From positions 32,001 through 96,000 of the IMG/VR virus record IMGVR_UViG_3300021514_000002: a stretch of 64,000 bases of DNA. One strand, 5' to 3'. Positions within the stretch are counted from its first letter, which is position 1. The number at the start of each line of letters is the position of its first letter. The notes under the pieces were generated by a model that did no database searches, was not told the origin of the DNA, and worked only from the letters and a program-made list of their open reading frames with translations. Below are positions 19,749 through 30,411 of this stretch, piece after piece. The stretch is from a virus (taxonomy: Duplodnaviria; Caudoviricetes). The position numbers and the translations under genes were made by a program.

Positions 19749-20456
19749 ATGTTTACTACTATTTATCAACGAAAAAACGACTGGAAACGTGCAGTTAATG
19801 AAACCCATAATGATTTTTATGACTATTCTTCTGTTGATTATATAAATGCTAACATAAAAGTTACCATTATATGTCCAAAACATGGCAAATTTCAACAAAC
19901 CCCACATGATCATAAAAATAAAAGACATGGATGTGCAAGATGTTTCGGTAACGCAAAGTTGACCAATAAAGATATAGACGAAAAAATTATTACTACAAAA
20001 AAACCAATACGTCGTATTGGTGATGTGCAGAACGCGATGACAAATTTAAAATGGTTGTGTTTAGACGATAAGTGTGGTGGAACATGGAATGCAGCACCAG
20101 ATAATGTGTTGAATAAGAATACGGGATGTCCATATTGTAAAATTGGTTACATTTCAAATCATTATGGGATTTTATATTTTGTTAAAATTGTTGATAATGA
20201 AACAAAATATGAATTTTTGAAAATTGGTATAACTAAAAAAGAAATACATGATAGGTTTTCTGGAAAACGATTTAGGGTAACGAAAGAAATTTTTATAAAA
20301 TCTTTGCCCCTTAGTGAAGCATATGGGATTGAACAAGAAATTATCAATAGCATGAAAGAATATGCTTATCTTGCGCCAATGTCATTTGGTGGGAGAACAG
20401 AATGTTTTATAAATTCAACACTGGTGGAAGAACATATTGCTGTTTTATTAAAATAG
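19749..20456 (+). mobile_element. free-standing endonuclease (Zn-finger repeats plus GIY-YIG/T5orf172-like domain), homing-endonuclease-like
   Basis: CPKHG, GCARC, GCPYC repeats; LYF...KIGIT...GRTECF; antisense to neighbours; CATAAATA at 19716-19723. Confidence 0.7.
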
Positions 20457-20483
20457 AAGGCAGATTATTATCTGCCTTCTATT
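20452..20483. terminator. bidirectional hairpin between convergent genes
   Basis: 14-bp perfect inverted repeat AATAGAAGGCAGAT/ATCTGCCTTCTATT. Confidence 0.7.
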
Positions 20484-20487
20484 AATA

Positions 20488-21858
20488 TTATCGCTGCATA
20501 GGTTTACAAACTTTATTCTTCATATCCAAGTACCATAAACGTACTGTACGTTGTTTTGGTGGAATTAACTTAATATCTGGTACAAGGTTTAACTCGTCTT
20601 TTGGACATAATAGTTCACGAATTTCTGTATAGTCGTTATTTTCTGGTGCAACAGTATATATGTTATTTAATCGTTCAATAATAGCTTCACCATATACCAT
20701 TAATAATACCATAACTATTAGAACGGGTACTAGAAAAATCCCAACAGTTATGAATATACTAGAAAATGTAATTACTATTGTAGCGATAATACTATATCCA
20801 AACCATTTTAAATATTTCCAACGGTTATTTTCATCAAGATATTCTACCATTGCACTAATTTTATTAACAACATCCTCGAACATTTTTCCAAATAACTCAG
20901 TTTTTTCAAGCCAGTGTTTTAATACTACACCAAGATCCCAAAGTACCCCAATAAAGAAAATAATTGCTGTAACGATAAGCATGTTCTGTGCAAAATGTTC
21001 TGCTGCTGCCCACACGATAAATGTTTGTATTAGCAATATTAATGGATTAAATGCCATAGTAAAGAACATTAGGGTCGTTTGCTCATCGCCGCTTTTATCG
21101 ATACGTTTTCGTTTAACCAAAAATGGATTGTCCGCAGGTTTGTTAATCTCATCTAATATATGATATTCTAAACTGCCCCATTTATAAGGTCTAAAGGAAC
21201 GCCAAAATTTATTACCTTTATAATATCCAGCTAATGCTACTGCACCAGCTACACCAACTCTAAACATGATTAACATTGCTGCCCAAATTAAAACTGGAAG
21301 CCATTTTAATGAAAATGCAATCATTACACGGCGGTTATAGTGACATTCATCAACAACTTTACTGCGGCTGTTGTGCCATAAATTTACAAACCATTTCATC
21401 CATGGACCTGGTTCTTTACCAAATACATCCGCTGGAATACTTACCGTTACTTCGGTACGATCATGTACGAAGGGAAGGTAATCATGTGGCTGACCTGTAT
21501 AATAAAAAATAATATCAGTCGCATACTCATTAGCAATGAATTGCATATACGTACTGTGGAGTTTTTTACGACCACATGCTCCATCAACAATAAAACCATA
21601 TAGTTTCATATCACCAGCTTTAGTAAACCGCACATATGTCATTAATTCCGCAATTGGTACTAATTGTCGTTGCATTTCTTGAGCATCGTCAGTTACAGTA
21701 ACTAAAAGGATATGAGGGTCTTTAATGTCATCATCTTCTAATTGTTTGACGAGTTCTGGTGTAACACACCATCGTACAGGAACGTCACCATTCATTATTT
21801 CGCCAGTTTCACTACCGACGATTAATTCAAATGGGAGTTTGTGTTCTTTAGTTTCCAT
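20488..21858 (-). CDS. multi-pass membrane protein
   Basis: 456 aa with several hydrophobic segments. Confidence 0.7.
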   Translation of the reverse strand: METKEHKLPFELIVGSETGEIMNGDVPVRWCVTPELVKQLEDDDIKDPHILLVTVTDDAQEMQRQLVPIAELMTYVRFTKAGDMKLYGFIVDGACGRKKLHSTYMQFIANEYATDIIFYYTGQPHDYLPFVHDRTEVTVSIPADVFGKEPGPWMKWFVNLWHNSRSKVVDECHYNRRVMIAFSLKWLPVLIWAAMLIMFRVGVAGAVALAGYYKGNKFWRSFRPYKWGSLEYHILDEINKPADNPFLVKRKRIDKSGDEQTTLMFFTMAFNPLILLIQTFIVWAAAEHFAQNMLIVTAIIFFIGVLWDLGVVLKHWLEKTELFGKMFEDVVNKISAMVEYLDENNRWKYLKWFGYSIIATIVITFSSIFITVGIFLVPVLIVMVLLMVYGEAIIERLNNIYTVAPENNDYTEIRELLCPKDELNLVPDIKLIPPKQRTVRLWYLDMKNKVCKPMQR

Positions 21859-21950
21859 ATTTTTATACCTTTATATTAAAAGTTAACATTGATTGCAGAA
21901 ATATTAACATAAAAGGGTTAAAAAGTAAAGAGGTTATTTGGATTTTTTAA

Positions 21951-22778
21951 TTAGACGAGCTTTTTAGCATCAAAATATTTTATGGCGCGATTCAGAAGTT
22001 GACGATAATCCTTATTATCCAATGGCTTAGAAGGCATTCCTGCCGCATATCCTGCGATTTGTCTACTGCTTTGCCTAAGTGCATTCTCTTTTTCATCTTT
22101 AGTTGGGTATATTTCGCCCAAATCTCTATGATGCAAAAGATTATACAATTCGCTCATGAAGTCTTTAATAGACAAGGTTTCATTATTTCGTATCTTTGAT
22201 TTTATTAAAATTGTTATATCACGTTGGACTTGCGAAAACCGTGCGTTTATTTCGTGTGGTGATGCCAGATATTCGTAATCGCCGCCACCTTGAACCTCAT
22301 TGCGTTTATTCAATGGATGTGTTGTATCTTTTGCACCCTTTTTGTTTCTTGGGGTACTCCAAAGTGCCCAACCCGCCGATATTGAACTATCAAGGGCATG
22401 TCTAAGTTCATGAACAAGTGTAGATTCCATATCACTCATCATATTTTTGGCATTGGCAGGATAGTTAAGTTCTATTGATTTCTTTTCAGTATCAAAAACC
22501 CCTTCAACTTCTTTGGCTTCTTTGCCATAATTGACATCAATTTTAATTTTTCCCAATCGGTTAAATAGATCACTTAGTGCTTTTGAAGGAATAAGATCTT
22601 TAATAAACCCCAATTCAACATAAGGTGGCTCAGGGGGAAGCCCCCGCTTCACATCTTGTATGTGATATTTCTTTTCTTTTTCAACTTCTTTGCGTATTGT
22701 GCGTATCAGGTGTTTGGCAATGAGTTGAAGACGGTGCTCGTCTTTTGTGGTTTCATTTAATAATTCATTAACTTTCAT
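21951..22778 (-). CDS. putative virion-internal zincin-like protein (HExxH)
   Basis: MKVNELLNE leader, LVHELRH, E..A; CATAAATA at 22784-22791. Confidence 0.55.
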   Translation of the reverse strand: MKVNELLNETTKDEHRLQLIAKHLIRTIRKEVEKEKKYHIQDVKRGLPPEPPYVELGFIKDLIPSKALSDLFNRLGKIKIDVNYGKEAKEVEGVFDTEKKSIELNYPANAKNMMSDMESTLVHELRHALDSSISAGWALWSTPRNKKGAKDTTHPLNKRNEVQGGGDYEYLASPHEINARFSQVQRDITILIKSKIRNNETLSIKDFMSELYNLLHHRDLGEIYPTKDEKENALRQSSRQIAGYAAGMPSKPLDNKDYRQLLNRAIKYFDAKKLV

Positions 22779-22794
22779 ATTATTATTTATGATT

Positions 22795-22869
22795 TGGAGC
22801 TTGATGGCGGAGTCGAACCGCCTTCCGCATCCTTACGAGGGATGGCTTCACCAGCAAAGTTTATCAAGC
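22795..22869 (-). tRNA. tRNA-Thr(CGT)
   Basis: cloverleaf, CATCC-CTCGTAA-GGATG, encoded CCA. Confidence 0.9.
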
Positions 22870-22873
22870 ATTT

Positions 22874-23158
22874 TTATCGGGCATCTTCAAACAACCATTC
22901 GGGCGTATCTTCTATCCAAATATCTGGATTTCCACCATATTGTATACGAAACGCGATTTTTTTAGCCTTTCTATTAGTATAGATTATTCTATCTACTTTA
23001 TCCCCAAGATTTTCTTCAACTTCTTGATTTTCTTTATCCGCATAGCGCATGGTTACACAAAATACTTTGTGACCTCTTTGTTTTGCTTGTTTAATAAATA
23101 AATCCCATAAAATAGGGTCTGCTGTATATGTGTCATCATAATCTAGTGCAATTATCAT
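22874..23158 (-). CDS. HAD-superfamily small phosphatase-like protein
   Basis: IALDYDDT (DxD), VFCVTMR, DIWIED. Confidence 0.65.
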   Translation of the reverse strand: MIIALDYDDTYTADPILWDLFIKQAKQRGHKVFCVTMRYADKENQEVEENLGDKVDRIIYTNRKAKKIAFRIQYGGNPDIWIEDTPEWLFEDAR

Positions 23159-23400
23159 TATTCACCTACTATTGCTTCAATTCTTCTTTCATATATCAGA
23201 TTAAGACTGTACCACATAGAATTGCGGTAAGTACGCCATGACATACACTCTTCATTGTAATCATCAATCATATTATTTTCAATCCATTCCCGTTCAGGTT
23301 CTAACAGATGAACAACCTTTTCCAATTGTTCATCTGTAACATTACCAAAGAAAGAATCTTCAACGAAAAATTCTAGTGTATATTCATCGCAGCTTGACAT
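23158..23400 (-). CDS. hypothetical protein
   Basis: 3' part of track ORF; start moved to ATG 23400 after GGAAGG. Confidence 0.5.
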   Translation of the reverse strand: MSSCDEYTLEFFVEDSFFGNVTDEQLEKVVHLLEPEREWIENNMIDDYNEECMSWRTYRNSMWYSLNLIYERRIEAIVGE

Positions 23401-24031
23401 TTCTTTTTTCCTTCCACTGATGGTTGTGTTTGCTTTGTGTTTTCCAAGATTTATCGCCGTGGCGATGATAATCATCCCAAGAATCTGGTAAGTTGCCTCC
23501 TTGCCGCGCAGCACGCACTTTTGGTGCGAACTCTTCATCATCCCAAGCATGTGCCCATTTACGTTCTTGGTGGGTTTTTATACTACGAAAACCACCCCAG
23601 ACTGATTTCTTGCAACCATTACGTCTGAACCAACGTTGTTTGTAGAGATTACTTGGTCTATTTTTTACCCATTCACGATAAAGACCAATTAAATGATCGG
23701 GTGTATATAATTCACGAAGATGATCATAAACCGCCCATGCTAAACGATATTCATTGTGTTCATGGCAATTTATTTTCCCACAATGGTGTGTATGTTTAAC
23801 ATAACGCCGTTTACAATAACCCCTACCGTAATCGATATGTGTAATACCAGTGCAAATTTTATCATTAATAGAATAACCTACATATTCTTTAATAATATAT
23901 TCATTTTCGTGTTCAAAAAAATCTTCTAACGACTTATAATAAGAAGCAATGATTTTTCTAGTCGCAAAGGTTTCGTAGTATACTACTTTATAGCGATATA
24001 CGTAAATACCTGGTTCGTTCTGATAGTACAT
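23384..24031 (-). CDS. basic hypothetical protein
   Basis: C-terminal R.AR...NLPDSWDD...KSWK.Q. Confidence 0.6.
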   Translation of the reverse strand: MYYQNEPGIYVYRYKVVYYETFATRKIIASYYKSLEDFFEHENEYIIKEYVGYSINDKICTGITHIDYGRGYCKRRYVKHTHHCGKINCHEHNEYRLAWAVYDHLRELYTPDHLIGLYREWVKNRPSNLYKQRWFRRNGCKKSVWGGFRSIKTHQERKWAHAWDDEEFAPKVRAARQGGNLPDSWDDYHRHGDKSWKTQSKHNHQWKEKRNVKLR

Positions 24032-24120
24032 TGTTTTCTCCTCTTAGTTTAACTAAGATCGAAAACCATGCCCCTTTTGAAAAAATAAAATTATAATATT
24101 CATCTGCTTCTTCTTTAAAT

Positions 24121-24197
24121 TGGTTGGTCTGGTCGGATTCGAGCCGACGACTTCTGCCATGTCATGACAGCGCTCTGACCTACTGAGCTACAGACCA
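24121..24197 (-). tRNA. tRNA-Val(GAC)
   Basis: cloverleaf, CTGTC-ATGACAT-GGCAG, CCA; T-loop CTCGAAT. Confidence 0.85.
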
Positions 24198-24221
24198 CTT
24201 GTATTCTATTTACTCGTTGTG

Positions 24222-24581
24222 TTAATTTGTTTTACCCGCTTCCATTAAGAAATTACGAAACATATCGTTGCAGTCTTCGCTTGGAAATCTGAGATCTTCT
24301 AACATTTCTGTAACTAACGCAATGCCTACTTCCTCATCACTGTCGCCCGTTCTTCCAACTTCAAAAGTTCTTCCAACTTCAAAAGTACAAATGTCATTTA
24401 TCAAGACCCGTTCTTCATCAGCATTTTCTACCTCGACAAACACGAATTTGGAAAGTGACAAGTCTTCATAAATTCCATCAAAATCGGATAACGGTCCAAA
24501 CTCACGGATTGTATCTTCTTCATACAACCCAAGCCAGATCCCATTATCACCATCATTAAATATTAAACCGTATGAATCCAT
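24222..24581 (-). CDS. acidic hypothetical protein
   Basis: ORF track; internal 18-nt tandem duplication (TFEVGR x2). Confidence 0.55.
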   Translation of the reverse strand: MDSYGLIFNDGDNGIWLGLYEEDTIREFGPLSDFDGIYEDLSLSKFVFVEVENADEERVLINDICTFEVGRTFEVGRTGDSDEEVGIALVTEMLEDLRFPSEDCNDMFRNFLMEAGKTN

Positions 24582-24590
24582 AATTTATTC

Positions 24591-25094
24591 CTAAGCACAA
24601 TATCCCGTACGTAATGCATTGTAGTCATTAATATTCTTTGCTAAGCTGACAGCAAGTTTCTTCATTTCTGCTAATGAATCGACAACAAATACATTAGGAT
24701 GTTTCACGCCAAGCAACTTACTTTTGACCAGTTTGCGTGTTCTTACACTCGTTTTTCTTTCATCTTCGGTTTTTCTATCATCGGTACAATCATCGTCAAT
24801 CATAATGATTAGATGTTGATTACTACCATTCGCGATATTGCGAAGAATATTTAGAATTGAGAATCCGATTTCGCCAAGTGAGCCAAGACCCAAGCTGTCT
24901 TTTAAGACAGGAAACAAAATAATATCATCTTCCATAAGATGTCGATTTTCATCATCAATCATTCCAGGGTGCCAGTTATCGCCAGCATCAGGATTGAAAA
25001 ATTCAATGTCGTTATTATTGAACGCAGAAATAAAACTGTTGCGCCATGTAATATTGTCACATGTTCCGAATAGTCCTATACATAAATTCTTCAT
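24591..25094 (-). CDS. NDT2/TIR-like fold protein
   Basis: IGLFGTC...WR...FFNP...W...E...GSLGEIG. Confidence 0.55.
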   Translation of the reverse strand: MKNLCIGLFGTCDNITWRNSFISAFNNNDIEFFNPDAGDNWHPGMIDDENRHLMEDDIILFPVLKDSLGLGSLGEIGFSILNILRNIANGSNQHLIIMIDDDCTDDRKTEDERKTSVRTRKLVKSKLLGVKHPNVFVVDSLAEMKKLAVSLAKNINDYNALRTGYCA

Positions 25095-25489
25095 AATAAT
25101 TGTAAATCCCCTGTGATTTTGTCAACTTCTTCTTTTAGTGCAGGACCAACCGCAACCGCAGTATATGTAGGAACCCCACCAAACTCAGTTAAGCCTGCGT
25201 CTTTTATCAAACTGCACACTAAACCTGCATCTATTGCTTGCCTGTAGATGCAGATAAGCTCTTCTTCACTATCTACTCTAACGCAAATTTTAGTGAAAAG
25301 CCCTGCTAACCACGAATCCATTTCGGGCGTCATTGGTATAATATAACAAGGCAATCCAATTTCGTCGCGTTGAATATAACCATTATCTAATATAGCTTTC
25401 ATTGACGCATGGCAGCCTTGTGAAATTTCCTTCCCGCGACGCATCTTTAAATCTTTACGAATTACTATAACTTGTTTAGTATCCATCAT
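25091..25489 (-). CDS. pth2: peptidyl-tRNA hydrolase 2
   Basis: [14 protein letters not shown]...Q..HA, KI..., DAGLTE, T..A.GP. Confidence 0.9.
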   Translation of the reverse strand: MMDTKQVIVIRKDLKMRRGKEISQGCHASMKAILDNGYIQRDEIGLPCYIIPMTPEMDSWLAGLFTKICVRVDSEEELICIYRQAIDAGLVCSLIKDAGLTEFGGVPTYTAVAVGPALKEEVDKITGDLQLL

Positions 25490-25809
25490 TTTTTCAAATA
25501 TTGTAATTTATCTTCCACACCATCCCATTTTTCAGCATCTGGTAATGGGTCAATTTGCTTCGTAAGATTTGGCCAAATCATCGCCAATTCTACATTTAGT
25601 TCTATAAAATGTTCTTGTCCTTCTGGAATATCGTCTGCAGGAAAAATTGCATCAGCAGGACATTCGGGTACACACAAGTCGCAAGCTATACATTCTTCTG
25701 GATTTATTACCAAGAAATTCGGCCCTTCATGGAAACAATCTACGGGGCATATTTCTACACAATCAGTATACTTGCACTTAATGCAATTTTCTGTAACAAC
25801 AAACGTCAT
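25486..25809 (-). CDS. fdxA: 7Fe ferredoxin (FdxA type)
   Basis: [26 protein letters not shown]...[12 protein letters not shown]. Confidence 0.9.
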   Translation of the reverse strand: MTFVVTENCIKCKYTDCVEICPVDCFHEGPNFLVINPEECIACDLCVPECPADAIFPADDIPEGQEHFIELNVELAMIWPNLTKQIDPLPDAEKWDGVEDKLQYLKK

Positions 25810-25810
25810 A

Positions 25811-26626
25811 TTAACCCTTTTTAATACAATTGTCAATATCTATTAATTGACTTAATAAATCTTCCATCATTGTCAATGGTAACATATTTGGGCCATCACT
25901 TAAAGCTTTTTCTGGATTAGGGTGTGTTTCTATGAATAATCCAGATATTCCAACTGCAACTGCCGCTCTTGCTAAAGTAGGAACGAATTCACTTTGTCCG
26001 CCAGATGTCGTACCATTACCACCGGGCATTTGAACAGAATGTGTAGCATCAAATACGACAGGACAATGTGTTTGTTCATGCATTATAACAAGTGACCGCA
26101 TATCAGAAACAAGAGTATTGTAACCAAAAGACGTGCCGCGTTCACAAACCATAAGTTGTTCGTTGCCTGTCTTTTCCGCTTTGACCACAACATTTACCAT
26201 ATCTGCTGGTGCCATAAATTGTGCTTTTTTAATATTAACCGGCTTGCCAGCGGCTGCAACCCTTTGAATGAAGTTTGTTTGTCTACATAAAAAAGCTGGT
26301 GTTTGTAATACATCAACAACATCTGCAACTTCATCTATTGGTGTGTCTTCATGTACATCGGTTAATACGGGTATGCCTAATTCGTCTTTTACCTTTTGTA
26401 AGATACGCAACCCTTCTTCTATTCCAGGCCCACGATAACTAACAATGGAAGTACGATTCGCTTTATCAAAAGAAGATTTGAAGATAAAAGGAATTCCTAA
26501 TCTATCCGTAACCTTCTTTAAATATTCGGCTGATTCTAAAACAATCTTTTCACTTTCAATAACACATGGACCAGCAATCAAAAAAAGCGGGCGATTAAGT
26601 CCTACTTCAAAGTTACATAATTTCAT
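25811..26626 (-). CDS. kdsA: KDO-8-phosphate synthase
   Basis: [46 protein letters not shown]. Confidence 0.95.
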   Translation of the reverse strand: MKLCNFEVGLNRPLFLIAGPCVIESEKIVLESAEYLKKVTDRLGIPFIFKSSFDKANRTSIVSYRGPGIEEGLRILQKVKDELGIPVLTDVHEDTPIDEVADVVDVLQTPAFLCRQTNFIQRVAAAGKPVNIKKAQFMAPADMVNVVVKAEKTGNEQLMVCERGTSFGYNTLVSDMRSLVIMHEQTHCPVVFDATHSVQMPGGNGTTSGGQSEFVPTLARAAVAVGISGLFIETHPNPEKALSDGPNMLPLTMMEDLLSQLIDIDNCIKKG

Positions 26627-26915
26627 GGTTTTTTCCCTCATGTAAAAATTTTATCAATGCACTTCTGGCTGCAGCAACGAGATATCCAAACACATTATCG
26701 TTTTTCGTTGGATCGAATGTTCGGTAACTTATCATTATTTGCATTATCGCTTGCTGTTTCATGTCTTCATTGTATGTAAGCCTTTTAAAGTGGGGAGGAT
26801 TTATTAATCGTTCCGCAATACAAACAAACATCCCTGCCAGTGCTTCCGTAATTCTTCCATTTTGTTTAGATTTTTCAATTTCAACAAGAAGATCGGCATT
26901 TATAACTTTAGTCAT
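26613..26915 (-). CDS. short gp55-like sigma-factor fragment/paralog
   Basis: IAERL...P.F...Y.EDM...FDP.K..N.F.Y resembles region 2 of T4-type late sigma. Confidence 0.5.
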   Translation of the reverse strand: MTKVINADLLVEIEKSKQNGRITEALAGMFVCIAERLINPPHFKRLTYNEDMKQQAIMQIMISYRTFDPTKNDNVFGYLVAAARSALIKFLHEGKNHEIM

Positions 26916-27255
26916 TCCCGCCAACATTTTCACGAACGATATCATGCGCGTCAAGGTCAACCCAATAAATCTCATATACTACGGAATCTTCGAGTGATAT
27001 AAATTTGTGATAACATCCTGGTTTAACTGTCGTACTTTCACCAGCAGAAATGATAGTTGAATCAACAAGGTCATAATCATTTTGCCAAACATCAACTTGG
27101 AATTTTCCGCTTTCAACGAAGAATTTATTGAATTTATGTTCATGTTTATGTTTAGAACAAAATCCACCTTTAGTTGTTTCTATACGATGTACTTCTGAAT
27201 TACCGTTTCTGAAAATTAATTGAGTCTTACCCCAAACTTTACCTTGTATAGGCAT
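26908..27255 (-). CDS. cupin (mannose-6-P isomerase C-terminal-like) protein
   Basis: KVWG, CSKHKH..K...F.V.SG, H.F. Confidence 0.7.
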   Translation of the reverse strand: MPIQGKVWGKTQLIFRNGNSEVHRIETTKGGFCSKHKHEHKFNKFFVESGKFQVDVWQNDYDLVDSTIISAGESTTVKPGCYHKFISLEDSVVYEIYWVDLDAHDIVRENVGGND

Positions 27256-27285
27256 GTAATATCCCCTGTTTTTATTGTTATTATT

Positions 27286-27360
27286 TGGTGGAGCTAGTTG
27301 GAGTCAAACCAACGACCTCTACATTGCAAGTGTAGCGCTCTATCACTGAGCTACAGCCCC
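27286..27360 (-). tRNA. tRNA-Ala(TGC)
   Basis: CTACA-CTTGCAA-TGTAG, G3:U70, CCA. Confidence 0.9.
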
Positions 27361-27413
27361 AATACTTATTTATTCGTGCAAATGAACAGTAGTATCATCT
27401 TTTAAATATACCA

Positions 27414-27653
27414 TCATAAATTATCGCGCAATTTTTTTAATATCATAAATGCAGCAATATCATCATCGGTTGCTTTACGAAATATTCTATATTCTTGACA
27501 TTCAGGAAAATCAACCACAATATTACCATCTTTTATGTATCCAAATTCAGGCAAGTCAAATATTTCACAAAATTTTGTTAAAACAATTTCACTTATAAGA
27601 ATATCATCAATTTCAACTTCAATTTTTTTTGTATGTTTCGCGTTTACTTTCAT
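27414..27653 (-). CDS. hypothetical protein
   Basis: ORF track. Confidence 0.5.
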   Translation of the reverse strand: MKVNAKHTKKIEVEIDDILISEIVLTKFCEIFDLPEFGYIKDGNIVVDFPECQEYRIFRKATDDDIAAFMILKKLRDNL

Positions 27654-27662
27654 TTCATTACC

Positions 27663-27914
27663 TTAGTCTGTAAGAATGTGTTTTAGTGTTTGGGCATATT
27701 CTTGTGATTCGTTATCTGTTAAATTAAATTCAGCGTTTATTTCTTGAATGATTATAGATATGATTTCATCTGTTGCATCAAGTTCTGGATGATAGCTATT
27801 AAGTTCCGTAATAATTTCTGGTCGCCATTTTGCGACCGCGATTTTACCATCAACAGAAATAGTGACACCACCATTATCTTCAATTTTAACATTAAATGTT
27901 CTACTCATCGTCAT
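27663..27914 (-). CDS. hypothetical protein
   Basis: ORF track. Confidence 0.5.
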   Translation of the reverse strand: MTMSRTFNVKIEDNGGVTISVDGKIAVAKWRPEIITELNSYHPELDATDEIISIIIQEINAEFNLTDNESQEYAQTLKHILTD

Positions 27915-28097
27915 CCGACTCCTGTTCTAACGCTTCTTCCAAACACAGTTTACATAAGTCAGTATATTTTTCGCTTAATATAACTTTGGGTCTAGCGAGG
28001 TATTCAAGCTTGCAACTAGGACAAGCTTGATATACCATTTCAGTTGTTTTAGTATTCATAGTACTATCGTACCATTTTATCCTTTAATTGTCAATAA

Positions 28098-28781
28098 TTA
28101 TTCCCATAATCTATCCATGTTACCACGAAAAACCTGCTTTAGGTTGGTCTTCTGACCAGTCATATGATCAATGATTATATCTTCCTGAAAACGATAAGTT
28201 CTAATCTTATCCCCGCGCATTCCCGAACCTACCATATCATGTCTTTCGGTATTTTGGTTGGCGTGCCGCTCGCCAAATATCAAAGAATCCAACATTTTAT
28301 CTACAGCTGCACGTGCTTCTATCTTATTCTTACTCTGACTTCGGCTATCCCGTTCTTGTTTGATTCCTGTAGGTAGATGAATGCATTTTATAGCAGATAA
28401 CGTCTTATTTTTCTTTTGGCCACCACAGCCCGTGGACTTAAATAGTTCAAAGAAATAATGATGATCTTCCCGTAAGGAATATTTGGAATGTGCAGAATAT
28501 TCGTCATCAAGCACAGCTACTGTAACAGTAGACGTATGAACTCTGCCTTTTCGTTCAGTCGGAGGCACTCGTTGGATACGATGCCCACCTGCTTCATTTT
28601 TTAATTTGTTTAGATTTTTTCCGATAACTTCAAGGGATATGAAACCATCGCGCTCAGATAAGCGGCTAGACTTTCAGCCTAGTTTAGAAAAGGTTTTTTC
28701 GTAAGCAACACAAAGATTGTTCACGAATAATTTTGAGTCTTGGCCACCTTCAGCGGCACGTATTTCTATAATTTTTTTCAT
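28098..28781 (-). CDS. RF1-like class I peptide release factor lacking domain 1, with in-frame TGA at codon 36
   Basis: EIRAAEGG, E.GGHRIQRVPPTE (PxT), HTST.TVAV, GCGGQ, RTY; TGA at 28676-28674, same frame on both sides. Confidence 0.85.
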
Positions 28782-29041
28782 TTTATTTTTCCTTTTTGTA
28801 CTTATCGACTAGATGTTTAATAGCTAAGTAAGATGTTAGATCTATTTCTAATATCTTACTTATTTTAGGGTTTCTTTCTGTTTTTAATAACTCTTTAAAT
28901 AATTTAATCTTTTGATTAATTTCAAAAATAGTTACACTTCACCAGAAGTTATACCGCAACTAGAACCACCTAACTCCAGTACAATATTGCCTGTTTTTAT
29001 TTCTATATGTTTCATTCCATTTCTCCTTATTCTAGTATTTA

Positions 29042-29350
29042 TTAATAGAATACTTTCAATATTAAATCGCCCATGTCGGCATCCTTCAACATTTCACCCT
29101 TTACATGATATATAGTATTGTCTGTTTCAACGATACCATTTTCTTCATCATAAGCTATAACCAAAGACGAACGCATGTGCCAACCTATTTGGAATCTGCC
29201 AGTAGGATCTTCAACAACATTACCAGATAAAATCATAGCTTTGTCAACTTTAACATCCGGTCGTTTTTCTTTAAGCATCTCTATTGGAACCGACAATATA
29301 TTAAATGTCCAGTTTTCTATAGTTCCACCATCTTTTTTATCGTTGTTCAT
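29042..29350 (-). CDS. hypothetical protein
   Basis: ORF track. Confidence 0.55.
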   Translation of the reverse strand: MNNDKKDGGTIENWTFNILSVPIEMLKEKRPDVKVDKAMILSGNVVEDPTGRFQIGWHMRSSLVIAYDEENGIVETDNTIYHVKGEMLKDADMGDLILKVFY

Positions 29351-29598
29351 TCAATCACCTCTATAAAACAAGGCGTGCCTTCGCCAACCCATGCTCCTAT
29401 TTGATTAAACTCGTAATATTCGACCGCTTCTTCATATGTCATACCTTCGGCTATCAACGATTCAAATATTTTAGTTACATCGTATGCGACTATTGGCTCT
29501 TGTCCAAATCTTTGACAAATTCCAATAATACAATCATCAAATCCATCCATTAACATAATTTCTGGATATAGATCTGCTATTTGTTCTGCTTTAGTCAT
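29347..29598 (-). CDS. conserved phage hypothetical protein
   Basis: DGFDDCIIG...EEAVEYYEFN..GAWVGE.TP.F. Confidence 0.65.
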   Translation of the reverse strand: MTKAEQIADLYPEIMLMDGFDDCIIGICQRFGQEPIVAYDVTKIFESLIAEGMTYEEAVEYYEFNQIGAWVGEGTPCFIEVIE

Positions 29599-29786
29599 TA
29601 CGTCTTAATATTCCATACTTATAGCATTTTTCTTCTGTTAAGTTAACATCAATGTCACCACCGCCTTCATTGACAGCCCAGACACTCCAGCCTTCTTCTT
29701 CACAGAAGTAATCCCAGTCGTTACATCTGTCTAATACTTCTGATAATGTTAATGAAATTCTTATGACAATTTCCTATTTTTAAAGT

Positions 29787-30071
29787 TTAATCAATTACCG
29801 CAACAATATCTTCTTCGCGCATAACCAACAGCTCTTCACCGTCAACTTTGATTTCTGTGCCCGCGAACTTGCCAAACATGACTTTGTCGCCAACCTTCAC
29901 ATCTAAAGCACGAACGCCGTTATCTGTAATCTGGCCATTACCCACAGCAATAATTTCACCTTGTGCTGGTTTTTCAGTTGCTGAATCTGGAATGACGATG
30001 CCACCCGCTGATGTTGTTTCTTCTTCCATACGACGAACGACCACACGGTCATGTAAAGGACGGATCTTCAT
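29787..30071 (-). CDS. groES: co-chaperonin GroES
   Basis: [10 protein letters not shown]...[12 protein letters not shown]...VKVGDKV. Confidence 0.97.
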   Translation of the reverse strand: MKIRPLHDRVVVRRMEEETTSAGGIVIPDSATEKPAQGEIIAVGNGQITDNGVRALDVKVGDKVMFGKFAGTEIKVDGEELLVMREEDIVAVID

Positions 30072-30132
30072 TTTTGTTTTCTCCTAAGTTATATTAATTG
30101 GATAGCCATATTTTCAATTTCATCTTTCATTG

Positions 30133-30411
30133 TTAATCTTCTTTTATAATTGGTCCTAAAGTAACACCAGTAGGACAATCGTCTTCTTTAGAATCTCGAA
30201 AATCCTTATAACTGTTTCCACAGAAGGAACAACGGTCATATAGTTCTATGCCACTACAATTACCACCATAATATTTTTGCTGTTTGTCTTCTGATAAAGT
30301 ATTAAAATAATCATTAAAACGTTTAACTTCTGCTTCGGCATGTTCTCTCGTCACACCAAAGTGAACCCAACCACATTTATTACATGTACGTTCGTTATAA
30401 TCAATTTCCAT
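30133..30411 (-). CDS. zinc-binding hypothetical protein
   Basis: CNKCGWVH...CSFCG...GVTLGPII. Confidence 0.6.
   Translation of the reverse strand: MEIDYNERTCNKCGWVHFGVTREHAEAEVKRFNDYFNTLSEDKQQKYYGGNCSGIELYDRCSFCGNSYKDFRDSKEDDCPTGVTLGPIIKED

Noticed and set aside
28640-28676. UGA in the RF gene as selenocysteine
   Set aside because: The position aligns with Trp, not Cys; only a weak 3-4 bp hairpin follows, not a convincing SECIS.
28847-28882. Long hairpin AAGTAAGAT...ATCTTACTT upstream of the RF gene as a regulatory element
   Set aside because: AT-rich, no U-tract, and lies within an open frame lacking a clear start; no supporting evidence for a role.
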